Shown one piece after another: positions 14,835 through 23,772 of a stretch of DNA of 35,198 bases. Position 1 is the stretch's first letter. The number at the start of each line of letters is the position of its first letter. The position numbers and the translations under genes are program-made. This DNA comes from a virus (lineage: Duplodnaviria > Caudoviricetes). The notes beneath the pieces were generated by a model, which did not search any database, was not told the DNA's origin, and saw only the letters and a list, made by a program, of their open reading frames with translations. The DNA is taken from IMG/VR virus record IMGVR_UViG_3300017909_001110, positions 1 through 35,198 of that record. One strand, 5' to 3'.

Positions 14835-16552
14835 TTTTTGATGTTGAGACTGATGGTTTGTTACCAGAAGTCAGCAAGGTGCATTGTATAGTGCTGAAAG
14901 ACCTCGATACAAATGAGATAATTACACCTAAGATTAAAAAAGCAATGCAGCTTTTAGGTGAAGCTGAACTTATTATTGGTCACAACATAATTAAGTACGA
15001 CATACCTGTGTTACAAAAACTGTATGGTTTTTACACAGAAGCTAAAATCTTTGACACCATTGTTGCGGCAAGACTTATGTATCCAGACATTATGGAAAGA
15101 GATTACCGTAAGTCAGAGTTTCCAAAAAAATTAATTGGTAGGCATAGTCTTGAAGCTTGGGGTCATCGCATAGGTAATTACAAATCACAAATCGTTACAG
15201 ATTGGAAAGAGTTTACACAAGAAATGTTAGACTATTGCATTCAGGATGTAGAAGTTACAGCTACTCTGTACACTATCCTTACACAAACAAAACAATCACA
15301 AGCCTTAGACTTAGAGCACAAGGTTGCACAAATTATTCACAAACAGGAACAGCACGGTTTCTCTTTTGACAAACCTGCTGCACTAGAATTGTTTGCAAAA
15401 TTAAATGCTAGACGATTAGAGCTAGAAGAACAGCTCCAAAGCATATTTCCTCCTGTGATTGAGAAAACAAAATTCATACCAAAAGTTAATAATAAAACTA
15501 GGGGCTATGTAAAAGGACAGCCATTCATAAAAGAAAAGACGGTGCCATTCAATCCATCTAGTCGTATGCATATTGCACAACGATTAAGAGATAAATTTAA
15601 TTGGCAACCGCAAGAATTTACACCTGATGGTAAACCCAAAGTTGATGAGACAGTATTAGAAAAGTTGAAATGGGATGAAGCAAAGTTATTAAGTGAACAT
15701 TTCTTGCTAGAGAAACGAATAGCGCAACTAGCAGCAGGCTCACAAGCTTGGCTAAAGCAAGAAAGAGATGGGCGCATACACGGCAACTGCAACACTAATT
15801 CTACAGTCACAGGCAGAGCATCACATACACATCCAAACTTAGGACAAGTACCAAGTATCAATAAAGTTTATGGCAAAGAGTGTCGTCAGTTATTCAGGGC
15901 TACACCAGGCAAAGTTTTAGTTGGTATCGATATATCAGGATTAGAAGTTCGTATGCTTGCGCACTACTTGGCTAAGTATGATGCAGGTGATTATGCCGAT
16001 GTCGTGTTGAATGGTGACATCCATAGCAAGACGCAAGAACTTGCAGGTCTTGATAGCCGAGATATAGCAAAGAGATTTTATTATTGTTTTTTATACGGAG
16101 GTGGTGTCAAAAAGATTGCACAAGTTACAGGCAAGACAGTTGGTGACGCAGGTAAGACTCGAACCCGCTTCTTAAATAATTTACCAGCACTCAATAAACT
16201 TATTAAAGATGTACAGTCTGCATCAAAGAGGGGTCACATCGTTGGTCTTGATGGCAGACAGGTCAAAGTACGTTCGCGACATTCAGCACTTAACACACTA
16301 TTACAATCAGCAGGAGCTATCGTTTGTAAGCAATGGCTCGTAGAGTTTGATAAAAACATAAAAAGAATACCAGACGTTCAACAAGTTGTTTGGGTTCACG
16401 ATGAAATACAAGTTGAGTGTGATGAAGAGGATGCAGATACTGTCGGACAAGTAGCGGTTGATGCAATACAGAATACAGGTATGCACTTTAAATTAAGAAT
16501 ACCATTAACAGGGGAATATAAAATTGGCGAGACTTGGGCTGACACACATTGA
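14825..16552 (+). CDS. polA: DNA polymerase family A (T7 gp5-like)
   Basis: Exo DVETDG, GHNIIKYD, YCIQDV; DISGLEVR (A), RDIAKRFYYCFLYG (B), WVHDE (C). Confidence 0.97.
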   Translation: MRLVFDVETDGLLPEVSKVHCIVLKDLDTNEIITPKIKKAMQLLGEAELIIGHNIIKYDIPVLQKLYGFYTEAKIFDTIVAARLMYPDIMERDYRKSEFPKKLIGRHSLEAWGHRIGNYKSQIVTDWKEFTQEMLDYCIQDVEVTATLYTILTQTKQSQALDLEHKVAQIIHKQEQHGFSFDKPAALELFAKLNARRLELEEQLQSIFPPVIEKTKFIPKVNNKTRGYVKGQPFIKEKTVPFNPSSRMHIAQRLRDKFNWQPQEFTPDGKPKVDETVLEKLKWDEAKLLSEHFLLEKRIAQLAAGSQAWLKQERDGRIHGNCNTNSTVTGRASHTHPNLGQVPSINKVYGKECRQLFRATPGKVLVGIDISGLEVRMLAHYLAKYDAGDYADVVLNGDIHSKTQELAGLDSRDIAKRFYYCFLYGGGVKKIAQVTGKTVGDAGKTRTRFLNNLPALNKLIKDVQSASKRGHIVGLDGRQVKVRSRHSALNTLLQSAGAIVCKQWLVEFDKNIKRIPDVQQVVWVHDEIQVECDEEDADTVGQVAVDAIQNTGMHFKLRIPLTGEYKIGETWADTH

Positions 16553-16956
16553 AAAATTCAAAATTCGATTTGGACTTGGCTTATGGTCAAGACCGAGAGC
16601 AACGTGTTGCTGCTATATTTGATACCGATAAATTTAAAGTAGAAGTTAAGACTGAAAGAGATTGGTGGTATCGCACAGGAAACATCGCAATAGAAGTTGA
16701 AAGCTACGGCAAGCCGTCAGGCATTGCAGTAACAGAAGCAGACTATTGGGTGCACATTTTAGCAAACGGTGACAAAGATTATTGTCGGTTGATATTTGAT
16801 ACTGACACAGTTCGCCTGCTTGCTGAAAAATACAAACACACATTGAAGAGTGTTGGTGATGGTAAGAAATCAAAAGTTATTCTTATTCCTATTGCCGAGC
16901 TCTTTGACAAATCAAACTTAAATTTAGGAGATAAAAATGAGAACACTATTAATTGA
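16549..16956 (+). CDS. Hypothetical protein, PD-(D/E)XK-like
   Basis: VEVKTE...TGNIAIE...SGIAVTEADYW; TTGA overlap with polA. Confidence 0.7.
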   Translation: MKNSKFDLDLAYGQDREQRVAAIFDTDKFKVEVKTERDWWYRTGNIAIEVESYGKPSGIAVTEADYWVHILANGDKDYCRLIFDTDTVRLLAEKYKHTLKSVGDGKKSKVILIPIAELFDKSNLNLGDKNENTIN

Positions 16957-17680
16957 TGGTGACATTCTTATTTACAAAATTGCTACTCTAAATGAAGAGC
17001 CTACTCATTGGGGAGAAGGGTTATGGACTTTACATTGTGACGAAAATATTTGTAAAGCAGAGGTCGACAGACAAATAGATGAGTTACTTGATAACTTAAA
17101 AGCAGATAAGTATATCGTTGCGCTGACTGATAAGAAAAACTTTCGCAAAGATATTTTACCTAGCTACAAAGACAATCGTAAACAAAAGCGCAAGCCGTTG
17201 GCATTGCCATTCTTACGACAGCATTGCATAGACAATCACAATGCAGTCATTATGGACAGTTTAGAGGCTGATGATGTGATGGGCATACTTGCTACAGAAC
17301 CATCAAACGACGAACGCATCATCGTATCGATTGATAAAGACCTCTATCAAATACCTGCCAAGGTATCAAAAGACGGTAAGACTTACGAAGAGATATCAGA
17401 GAATGAAGCCAACTATTGGCATATGATGCAGACGCTTACAGGCGACAGCACAGATGGTTATTCAGGATGTCCAAAGGTTGGAGTCAAAACCGCACAGAAG
17501 ATATTAGGAGACCACGCAAACGTTCCCCTCTTAGACCTATGGATGCGTGTACTAGCTGCTTACGCAAAGGTTGGATACTCAACTGATGAAGCACTAGCAC
17601 AAGCAAGGGTCGCAAGAATTTTAAGAAACTCAGATTACAACAAAGATACAGGAGGCATTAAGCTATGGCGGACTTCGTAA
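16937..17680 (+). CDS. 5'-3' exonuclease (T7 gp6-like)
   Basis: LIDGD, YKDNR, LEADD, SIDKDL, GDSTDGYSGCPKVG. Confidence 0.95.
   Translation: MRTLLIDGDILIYKIATLNEEPTHWGEGLWTLHCDENICKAEVDRQIDELLDNLKADKYIVALTDKKNFRKDILPSYKDNRKQKRKPLALPFLRQHCIDNHNAVIMDSLEADDVMGILATEPSNDERIIVSIDKDLYQIPAKVSKDGKTYEEISENEANYWHMMQTLTGDSTDGYSGCPKVGVKTAQKILGDHANVPLLDLWMRVLAAYAKVGYSTDEALAQARVARILRNSDYNKDTGGIKLWRTS
17520..17537 (+). promoter_or_regulatory. Putative phage RNAP promoter variant
   Basis: ACGTTCCCCTCTTAGACC shares CCCCTCTTAGA with the consensus; upstream of DUF3310/RNR. Confidence 0.45.
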
Positions 17681-17925
17681 AGAAACCTCCTCATTATTTC
17701 AGATACAAAATAGAGCCGATTACTTTCATTATGCAGAACGAAGTTCCGTATGCGGAAGCCAACGCCATAAAGTATTTAATGAGATGGAGATACAAACACG
17801 ATACCAAAGATAAACAACTGCAAGACCTGCACAAGGCAAAGCAGTACATCGATTTACTAATAGAAAAAGAAACACAGGAAGGCGATAAGCAACTCAGCTT
17901 TCGATTTGGTGATACCAATGAGTAA
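17665..17925 (+). CDS. DUF3310 protein (T7 gp1.7-like nucleotide kinase)
   Basis: PPHY...IEPI...NAIKYLMR...QDLHKAKQY. Confidence 0.85.
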   Translation: MADFVKKPPHYFRYKIEPITFIMQNEVPYAEANAIKYLMRWRYKHDTKDKQLQDLHKAKQYIDLLIEKETQEGDKQLSFRFGDTNE

Positions 17926-19852
17926 CGCACTTCCTACAAACTACCAGCAATATATTCACACATCACGCTACGCTAGGTTCATAGACGAAAAAGGTCGAAG
18001 AGAAACTTGGAGTGAAACAGTTGAACGATATTTTGATTTTATGGAGCAACATCTTAAGAAAAACCATAAATACATATTACCGAAACAACTACGTTCCGAG
18101 TTAGAAGGGGCGGTATTGTCTCTTCGCATTATGCCTTCGATGCGAGCTCTAATGACCGCAGGTGCTGCCTTAGAGAGGGACAATACTGCAGGCTACAACT
18201 GTAGCTACATACCGATAGATGATGTGAGGAGCTTTGATGAAGTAATGTACATACTTTTATGTGGTACGGGTGTTGGCTTTTCTGTTGAGAGAAACAACAT
18301 AGAAAACTTACCTGTGATTGCAGAAGAATTTACTGACAGCGATACAGTTATTGTTGTTCAAGATAGTAAGGCAGGTTGGGCTAGAGCATTTAGAGAACTC
18401 TTAGCAATGTTATATGGAGGACAGGTACCTAAAGTTGATGTCACTCGTGTACGACCAGCAGGCGCACGATTAAAAACAATGGGAGGCAGAGCAAGCGGTG
18501 CACAGCCATTAGTAAACTTGTTTGACTTCGCAATTGATATGTTCAAGAAAGCAGCAGGCAGAAGACTTGATGCTATTGAAGCACACGACTTAGTTTGTAA
18601 AGTTGGCGAAGTTGTAGTTGTTGGCGGTGTCAGACGTTCAGCTCTGATATCTCTCAGTAGCATACAGGATGACCAGATGCGCAAAGCAAAGTCAGGTCAA
18701 TGGTGGCTAGAGAATGGTCAAAGAGCTTTGGCTAATAACTCTGGCTGTTATTCTCGTACACCAGATATGGGTCTATTTATGTCTGAGTGGAAAGCTTTGT
18801 ATGACAGCAAGTCAGGCGAAAGAGGTATCTTCAACAGGCAAGCTGCAAAGAACAAAGCATCAGAGAATGAGAGACGTGATACAGAGTTTGAGTTTGGTAC
18901 TAATCCTTGCTGCGAAATAATCCTACGACCTTATCAATTTTGCAATCTTACAGAAGTTGTTATCAGGGCTACTGATAATGAGCTTGAGATAAAAGAAAAG
19001 ATTAGACTTGCAACAATACTTGGCACGTTCCAATCCACACTTACAGATTTAAAATATCTGCGCAAGATTTGGAAAGATAACACAGAAGCAGAAAGACTGC
19101 TTGGTGTATCACTCACAGGTATTATGGACAACAGATTGACCAGCAGACCTAGTGCAAAATTTTTGCAAGAACTTAGACATACTGCAGTTGATACAAACAA
19201 AGTCTTTGCAAAGAAACTAAAGATACAACAATCAACAGCGATAACTTGTGTCAAGCCAAGTGGGACTGTTAGTCAGTTAGTAGATAGTGCATCAGGCATA
19301 CACTCAAGGCACAGCGATTACTATGTTCGTACAGTCAGAGGCGATGCCAAAGACCCACTTACACAATTCTTGATTGATAAAGGTATCCCACACGAGCCAG
19401 ACGTTACAAAACCAAATGACGTTATGGTGTTTTCTTTCCCAATCAAATCCCCAGACAAATCTATTACACGCAATGATATGACAGCAATAGAGCAACTAGA
19501 GCTATGGCTTATGTATCAAAGGCATTGGTGTGAACATAAACCATCTGTAACAATTAGTGTTAGAGAAGAAGAATGGATGAAAGTCGGTTCTTGGGTTTAT
19601 GAAAACTTTGACGAGATTGCAGGTATTAGTTTCTTGCCACACGTAGAACACAGCTACAAGCAGGCACCTTACCAAGACATCGACAAAGAAGAGTATCATA
19701 AATTAAAGAAGGCAATGCCAAGCAATCTTGATTTCAAAGAGCTACAAAACTATGAAAAAGAAGATAATACCACAGGTTCACAAGAATTAGCCTGTGTTGG
19801 CAACGTCTGTGAATTAGTGGACACAACAAAAGTACCCCTCTTAGAAGAATAA
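17918..19852 (+). CDS. nrdJ: Class II (adenosylcobalamin-dependent) ribonucleotide reductase
   Basis: PSMR, YNC, GTGVGF, GGVRRSA, TNPCCEI, FCNL, TCVKPSGT, C-terminal CVGNVC; no beta-subunit gene nearby. Confidence 0.92.
   Translation: MSNALPTNYQQYIHTSRYARFIDEKGRRETWSETVERYFDFMEQHLKKNHKYILPKQLRSELEGAVLSLRIMPSMRALMTAGAALERDNTAGYNCSYIPIDDVRSFDEVMYILLCGTGVGFSVERNNIENLPVIAEEFTDSDTVIVVQDSKAGWARAFRELLAMLYGGQVPKVDVTRVRPAGARLKTMGGRASGAQPLVNLFDFAIDMFKKAAGRRLDAIEAHDLVCKVGEVVVVGGVRRSALISLSSIQDDQMRKAKSGQWWLENGQRALANNSGCYSRTPDMGLFMSEWKALYDSKSGERGIFNRQAAKNKASENERRDTEFEFGTNPCCEIILRPYQFCNLTEVVIRATDNELEIKEKIRLATILGTFQSTLTDLKYLRKIWKDNTEAERLLGVSLTGIMDNRLTSRPSAKFLQELRHTAVDTNKVFAKKLKIQQSTAITCVKPSGTVSQLVDSASGIHSRHSDYYVRTVRGDAKDPLTQFLIDKGIPHEPDVTKPNDVMVFSFPIKSPDKSITRNDMTAIEQLELWLMYQRHWCEHKPSVTISVREEEWMKVGSWVYENFDEIAGISFLPHVEHSYKQAPYQDIDKEEYHKLKKAMPSNLDFKELQNYEKEDNTTGSQELACVGNVCELVDTTKVPLLEE
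19830..19849 (+). promoter_or_regulatory. Phage RNAP promoter (late/structural operon)
   Basis: AAGTACCCCTCTTAGAAGAA, identical 20-mer at 34505; located at start of structural module (T7 phi6.5 position). Confidence 0.8.
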
Positions 19853-19855
19853 GCT

Positions 19856-20050
19856 ATGGAAAAAGATAACGATTTAGTCTTACCAAAGACAGTTACTGAA
19901 CTTTTAGAACTGTTAAATAAATTATTTCCTGAGAAAACTCCTGATATAGAGCATTCTCCAAAGGATATTTATTTTGCTGCAGGTCAAAGAGACGTAGTTA
20001 GATTCTTAAATTTCTTAAAAGAACGTGCTGATAAGGAGGCAATTTTATAA
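19856..20050 (+). CDS. T7 gp6.5-position hypothetical protein
   Basis: LLELLNKLFP...AGQRDVVRFL; first gene after late promoter. Confidence 0.75.
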   Translation: MEKDNDLVLPKTVTELLELLNKLFPEKTPDIEHSPKDIYFAAGQRDVVRFLNFLKERADKEAIL

Positions 20051-20271
20051 TGTGTTTTATGCGGACTGCTAAACCCGTTGTTTACAAGAGACCAAACCCT
20101 CAAGACATTTACTACAACGGCAACATTTATGACCCTAAATCAAAGGATGTCATAGATAAAGAAAACCAAGATAAAGCAGAAGACCTTGCTAACCAAATGG
20201 TTGGTAAACCAGCAAACGCACCTACCAGCAATTTATTAAATCAGTCCTCAACAGGACTACAAATCACATAA
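20050..20271 (+). CDS. Small virion protein (gp6.7-like)
   Basis: MCF N-terminus, STGLQI C-terminus, TAAGGAGG RBS. Confidence 0.7.
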   Translation: MCFMRTAKPVVYKRPNPQDIYYNGNIYDPKSKDVIDKENQDKAEDLANQMVGKPANAPTSNLLNQSSTGLQIT

Positions 20272-20284
20272 GGAGGATAGCAAT

Positions 20285-20524
20285 ATGTGTCTAGGAGGCA
20301 ATAACCCACCAGCTCCACAACCAGCTCCTGAACCACCTCAACCCGTAATCAATGCATCACCAATTGGTGACACATTAGCACCTGAATTACAAATTGCGGA
20401 TGAGGCGATGGATGAAGCGGCTAAAAAGAAGCTGAAAAAGAAAAAGGGAACTTCACAACTTAACACTCAACTTTCATCTGGTCTTAACATACCAGCTACA
20501 TCAAGCGGGATTAACGTAGCATAA
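20285..20524 (+). CDS. Small virion protein (gp6.7/7.3-like)
   Basis: MCLGG, Pro-rich, KKKGTSQL, SGINV C-terminus; AGGAGG RBS. Confidence 0.75.
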   Translation: MCLGGNNPPAPQPAPEPPQPVINASPIGDTLAPELQIADEAMDEAAKKKLKKKKGTSQLNTQLSSGLNIPATSSGINVA

Positions 20525-20802
20525 TGTGTATGGGAGGCGGCGGCGGAGGCGGCTTCGGCGGAGGAGGCGGCTTTAGTGGCGGAGGCGGCTTCGGTAATAT
20601 AGGTAACGTAGGAAGTATATCAGGCTTCGGTGGCGGTGATGGCAACTTAGTATCAGCTCCTGTTAGCGGAATAATTGCGCCTGTAAACCCTAATGTCAAA
20701 GAAGGTGGAAAAGAATTTTTAGGTTCTAAGCCTGGCTTTGATGAAAAGAAACTGACTGCACTCGCAAACAAAGCAGGCAAACAAAGTCTGTACGTTAGTT
20801 AA
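20524..20802 (+). CDS. Glycine-rich small virion protein
   Basis: MCMG-(GGGGGF)n, GKQSLYV C-terminus; TAATG coupling both sides. Confidence 0.7.
   Translation: MCMGGGGGGGFGGGGGFSGGGGFGNIGNVGSISGFGGGDGNLVSAPVSGIIAPVNPNVKEGGKEFLGSKPGFDEKKLTALANKAGKQSLYVS
20533..20595 (+). repeat. In-frame 18-bp tandem repeat (GGGGGF x3)
   Basis: GGCGGCGGAGGCGGCTTC / GGCGGAGGAGGCGGCTTT / AGTGGCGGAGGCGGCTTC. Confidence 0.8.
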
Positions 20803-22394
20803 TGAATGAAGATTACTCAACTAAACAACACACCGCTAAAGAACGATATGCAAAATTAAAAGAGAAAAGAGAACAATATTTAGATAGAGCCAGAGAATGT
20901 TCTGAGCTAACTATTCCTGCCTTAATACCAGAGGATGGTTTTCATTATACATCCGAACTTTACACACCTTTCCAATCAGTAGGAGCTAGAGGTGTAAACA
21001 ATCTGGCTTCCAAACTTTTATTATTATTACTTCCACCTAACTCACCTTTCTTTAGATTAAGTGTAAGTGGCAAAGCTAAAGAGCAGCTTGGTGAGCAAAG
21101 AGAACTTGGAGCTGAGGTAGAGAAATCTTTACAGAGAATAGAAAAAGAAGTTCAAAACAAAATAGAACAACTTGCATTACGCGTATCCGTATTTGAGGCA
21201 ATCAAACATCTTGTTGTAGGTGGTAACGTTCTTTGCTACTTGCCAAAAGATGGGCATATGAAAGTTTTCCCTCTTTCACAGTATGTTGCCACAAGAGATA
21301 GTGAAGGTGAATTATTAGAGATAGTAATTAAAGAAAGCATTACACCTCTTAGTCTTGATGTTGATGTTAGAGCACAAGTTATAAGTGACCCTGATTATAA
21401 AGAAGATGAGGAGTGTGAACTTTATACACACATCTACAAACTAGATAACAACAAGTATTACGTATGTCAGGAAGTACACGGCATAAAAATACCAGGTTCT
21501 ATAGGAACGTTTGCTGCTGATACCTTACCTTATATGTGCTTGCGTATGGTGCGTGTTGACGGTGAGGATTATGGAAGAGGATATGTAGAAGAATTTTTAG
21601 GTGATTTAAAATCTTTAGAAGGTTTATCACAAGCATTGGTCGAAAGTGCTGCTGCATCAAGCAAGGTCGTATTTATGATTAGACCTAACTCTGTCACAAA
21701 GAAAAGAGATTTAGCTCTAACACGTAATGGTGACATCATCACAGGAAGTAGAGACGATGTGTCAGTATTGCAAACTGATAAGCAATATGACTTACGAGTA
21801 GTTCAGGAAAGTATAAAAGCACTTGAAGAGAGAATGTCTTTTGCATTCTTACTACACACAGCAATTCAGAGAGATGCTGAAAGAGTTACAGCGCAAGAGA
21901 TTAGATATATGGCTGAACAGCTAGAGACATCTATGGGAGGTATTTATTCCCTGTTGTCTTTAGAGTTCCAATTGCCATTAGTAAAACTATTGATGAAGCG
22001 GATGTCTCAAACAAAAGAGATACCTGCTTTACCAAAGGGGTCTGTCAAGCCAACGATTATTACAGGCATTGAAGCTTTAGGTCGTGGCAATGACTTACAA
22101 AAATTAAGAGAGTTTATCGCTGAGTTTGTAAACCTAGCACAAGTCAACCCTCAAGTTATGCAAACACTAAACCCAGGTGATTTGATTAAAAGAATTGCAA
22201 CAGGTTTAGGCATAGAGACTGACGGATTGATTAAATCAGAAGAGCAAATGCAAGCAGAGATGATGGCTCAACAAGAACAAATGATGCAAGAGCAACTTAT
22301 GAATGCAAGTACAGATGCTGCAGCTAAGTCAGTTCCAGGCATCGCTAACAACATAACCAAAGGAATGATGAATGGTAGACCAAGTGGAAATTAA
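20802..22394 (+). CDS. Portal / head-tail connector (T7 gp8-like)
   Basis: QSVGARGVNNLASKL, GEDYGRGYVEE, ERVTAQEIR, ALGRGNDL. Confidence 0.97.
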   Translation: MNEDYSTKQHTAKERYAKLKEKREQYLDRARECSELTIPALIPEDGFHYTSELYTPFQSVGARGVNNLASKLLLLLLPPNSPFFRLSVSGKAKEQLGEQRELGAEVEKSLQRIEKEVQNKIEQLALRVSVFEAIKHLVVGGNVLCYLPKDGHMKVFPLSQYVATRDSEGELLEIVIKESITPLSLDVDVRAQVISDPDYKEDEECELYTHIYKLDNNKYYVCQEVHGIKIPGSIGTFAADTLPYMCLRMVRVDGEDYGRGYVEEFLGDLKSLEGLSQALVESAAASSKVVFMIRPNSVTKKRDLALTRNGDIITGSRDDVSVLQTDKQYDLRVVQESIKALEERMSFAFLLHTAIQRDAERVTAQEIRYMAEQLETSMGGIYSLLSLEFQLPLVKLLMKRMSQTKEIPALPKGSVKPTIITGIEALGRGNDLQKLREFIAEFVNLAQVNPQVMQTLNPGDLIKRIATGLGIETDGLIKSEEQMQAEMMAQQEQMMQEQLMNASTDAAAKSVPGIANNITKGMMNGRPSGN

Positions 22395-23106
22395 AGAAGC
22401 AGAAACTACTGCTGAGAAACCTGAAGAACAGGTTGTCGAACAGAGTAAGCCAGAAGGCTTGCCTGAAAAATTTAATTCAGTTGAAGACTTAGCAAAGTCT
22501 TATGCTGAGTTAGAGAAAAAATTAGGAGAGCCTAAGCCTCAAGAAACTCCTGAGCCAAAACAAGAAGAGGCGAAGTCTGATGATTTGGAAATTGCAAACA
22601 AGGCTGCAGAATCTGCAGGACTTAATGTGCAAGACCTACAAGCTGAGTTTGATAACACAGGCGAATTAAAAGCTGAAAGTTATGCAAGCTTAGAGAAGGC
22701 AGGTATTCCAAAAGAATATGTAGACCAATTTATAGCAGGACAGCTTGCTATGCGTGACAATCTCGTTAGTGATGTAAAGAACGTTGCGGGCGGTGATGAT
22801 GCATACGCAACAATGATGCAATGGGCATCAGACAATTTAGCTGAAAACGAAAAGGCTGCTTACAACAATGCTGTCAACAGTACAGACATTGAGTCAATCA
22901 AGTTAGCAGTAACAGGATTGAAAGCACGTTATGAAGCTGCAAACGGTATAGAGCCTACACTTGCAAAAGGTAAAGCTAGTCCGTCAACAGAAGGCGGTTT
23001 CCGTTCTTGGGCTGAAGTAACAGAAGCTATGGCTGACCCTCGCTATACAAAAGACATCGCCTATCAGGATGATGTGAAACGTAAAATCCAAAACAGTAAC
23101 TTATAG
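22372..23106 (+). CDS. Capsid assembly scaffolding protein (T7 gp9-like)
   Basis: LPEKF...LAKSYAELEKKL, GGDDAY...WA, AMADPRY. Confidence 0.93.
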   Translation: MVDQVEIKEAETTAEKPEEQVVEQSKPEGLPEKFNSVEDLAKSYAELEKKLGEPKPQETPEPKQEEAKSDDLEIANKAAESAGLNVQDLQAEFDNTGELKAESYASLEKAGIPKEYVDQFIAGQLAMRDNLVSDVKNVAGGDDAYATMMQWASDNLAENEKAAYNNAVNSTDIESIKLAVTGLKARYEAANGIEPTLAKGKASPSTEGGFRSWAEVTEAMADPRYTKDIAYQDDVKRKIQNSNL

Positions 23107-23114
23107 GAGGAGAA

Positions 23115-23258
23115 ATGGCTAAACGTGGATTATATGCAAACATTAATGCTCGGAAGAGAAAAGGCATTTCTCGACCAAAATCAAAATCAACAATAACTGC
23201 AAAAGCATATGCAAATATGAAAGCAGGATTTCCCAAGAAGAAAGGGAAGAAAGGTTAA
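23115..23258 (+). CDS. 47-aa highly basic protein
   Basis: AGGAGG RBS; MAKRGLYANINARKRKGISRPKSKSTITAKAYANMKAGFPKKKGKKG*. Confidence 0.8.
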   Translation: MAKRGLYANINARKRKGISRPKSKSTITAKAYANMKAGFPKKKGKKG

Positions 23259-23260
23259 TT

Positions 23261-23398
23261 ATGCCAGGACACTACGGTAAAATGAAAAAACCAAAAGCTA
23301 AAAACAAAAAGCTTGCAGGTATGTACGGCAACAAAAGTAAAATCACTCGTGGTGATATTATCGCTGCTGCTAAAAAACGTAAAAAGACTAGAGCTTAA
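23261..23398 (+). CDS. 45-aa highly basic protein
   Basis: MPGHYGKMKKPKAKNKKLAGMYGNKSKITRGDIIAAAKKRKKTRA*; TAATG coupled to next gene. Confidence 0.75.
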   Translation: MPGHYGKMKKPKAKNKKLAGMYGNKSKITRGDIIAAAKKRKKTRA

Positions 23399-23634
23399 TG
23401 GTCGCTAAAAAGTATCAAAATCCTTCTGGTGGATTGAATGCTGCTGGAAGGCGATACTATAAAAGCAAAGGACATAATTTAAAAAGACCTGTTACAGGCA
23501 AAGTAAAAAGTGGAAGTGCTGCAGCAAAAAGACGTAAATCTTTCTGTGCACGGATGAGCGGTGTTAAAGGCGCTATGAGTAAGAACGGAAAACCAACTCG
23601 TAAAGCTTTAGCATTACGCAAGTGGAACTGTTAG
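23398..23634 (+). CDS. 78-aa highly basic phage protein
   Basis: NPSGGLNAAGR...RRKSFCARM...ALRKWNC. Confidence 0.8.
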   Translation: MVAKKYQNPSGGLNAAGRRYYKSKGHNLKRPVTGKVKSGSAAAKRRKSFCARMSGVKGAMSKNGKPTRKALALRKWNC

Positions 23635-23760
23635 TTGTGCGACCTTTTTAGGTGGCAACTGCTAAAACATAACCAAGCAAGTGCTTGACCCTCTGCGGAG
23701 GACAATCTTGATTATGAGCTGAATTTATGTGGAGGCTTTCTTTAAACAACAATCCAACCA
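23633..23760 (+). promoter_or_regulatory. Structured leader of the major capsid gene
   Basis: Stems AGTTGT/GCAACT with ACCT-TTTT-AGGT; CAAG..TTG..CCTC-TGCG-GAGG..CAA..CTTG. Confidence 0.5.
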
Positions 23761-23772
23761 AGGAGAATAAAA

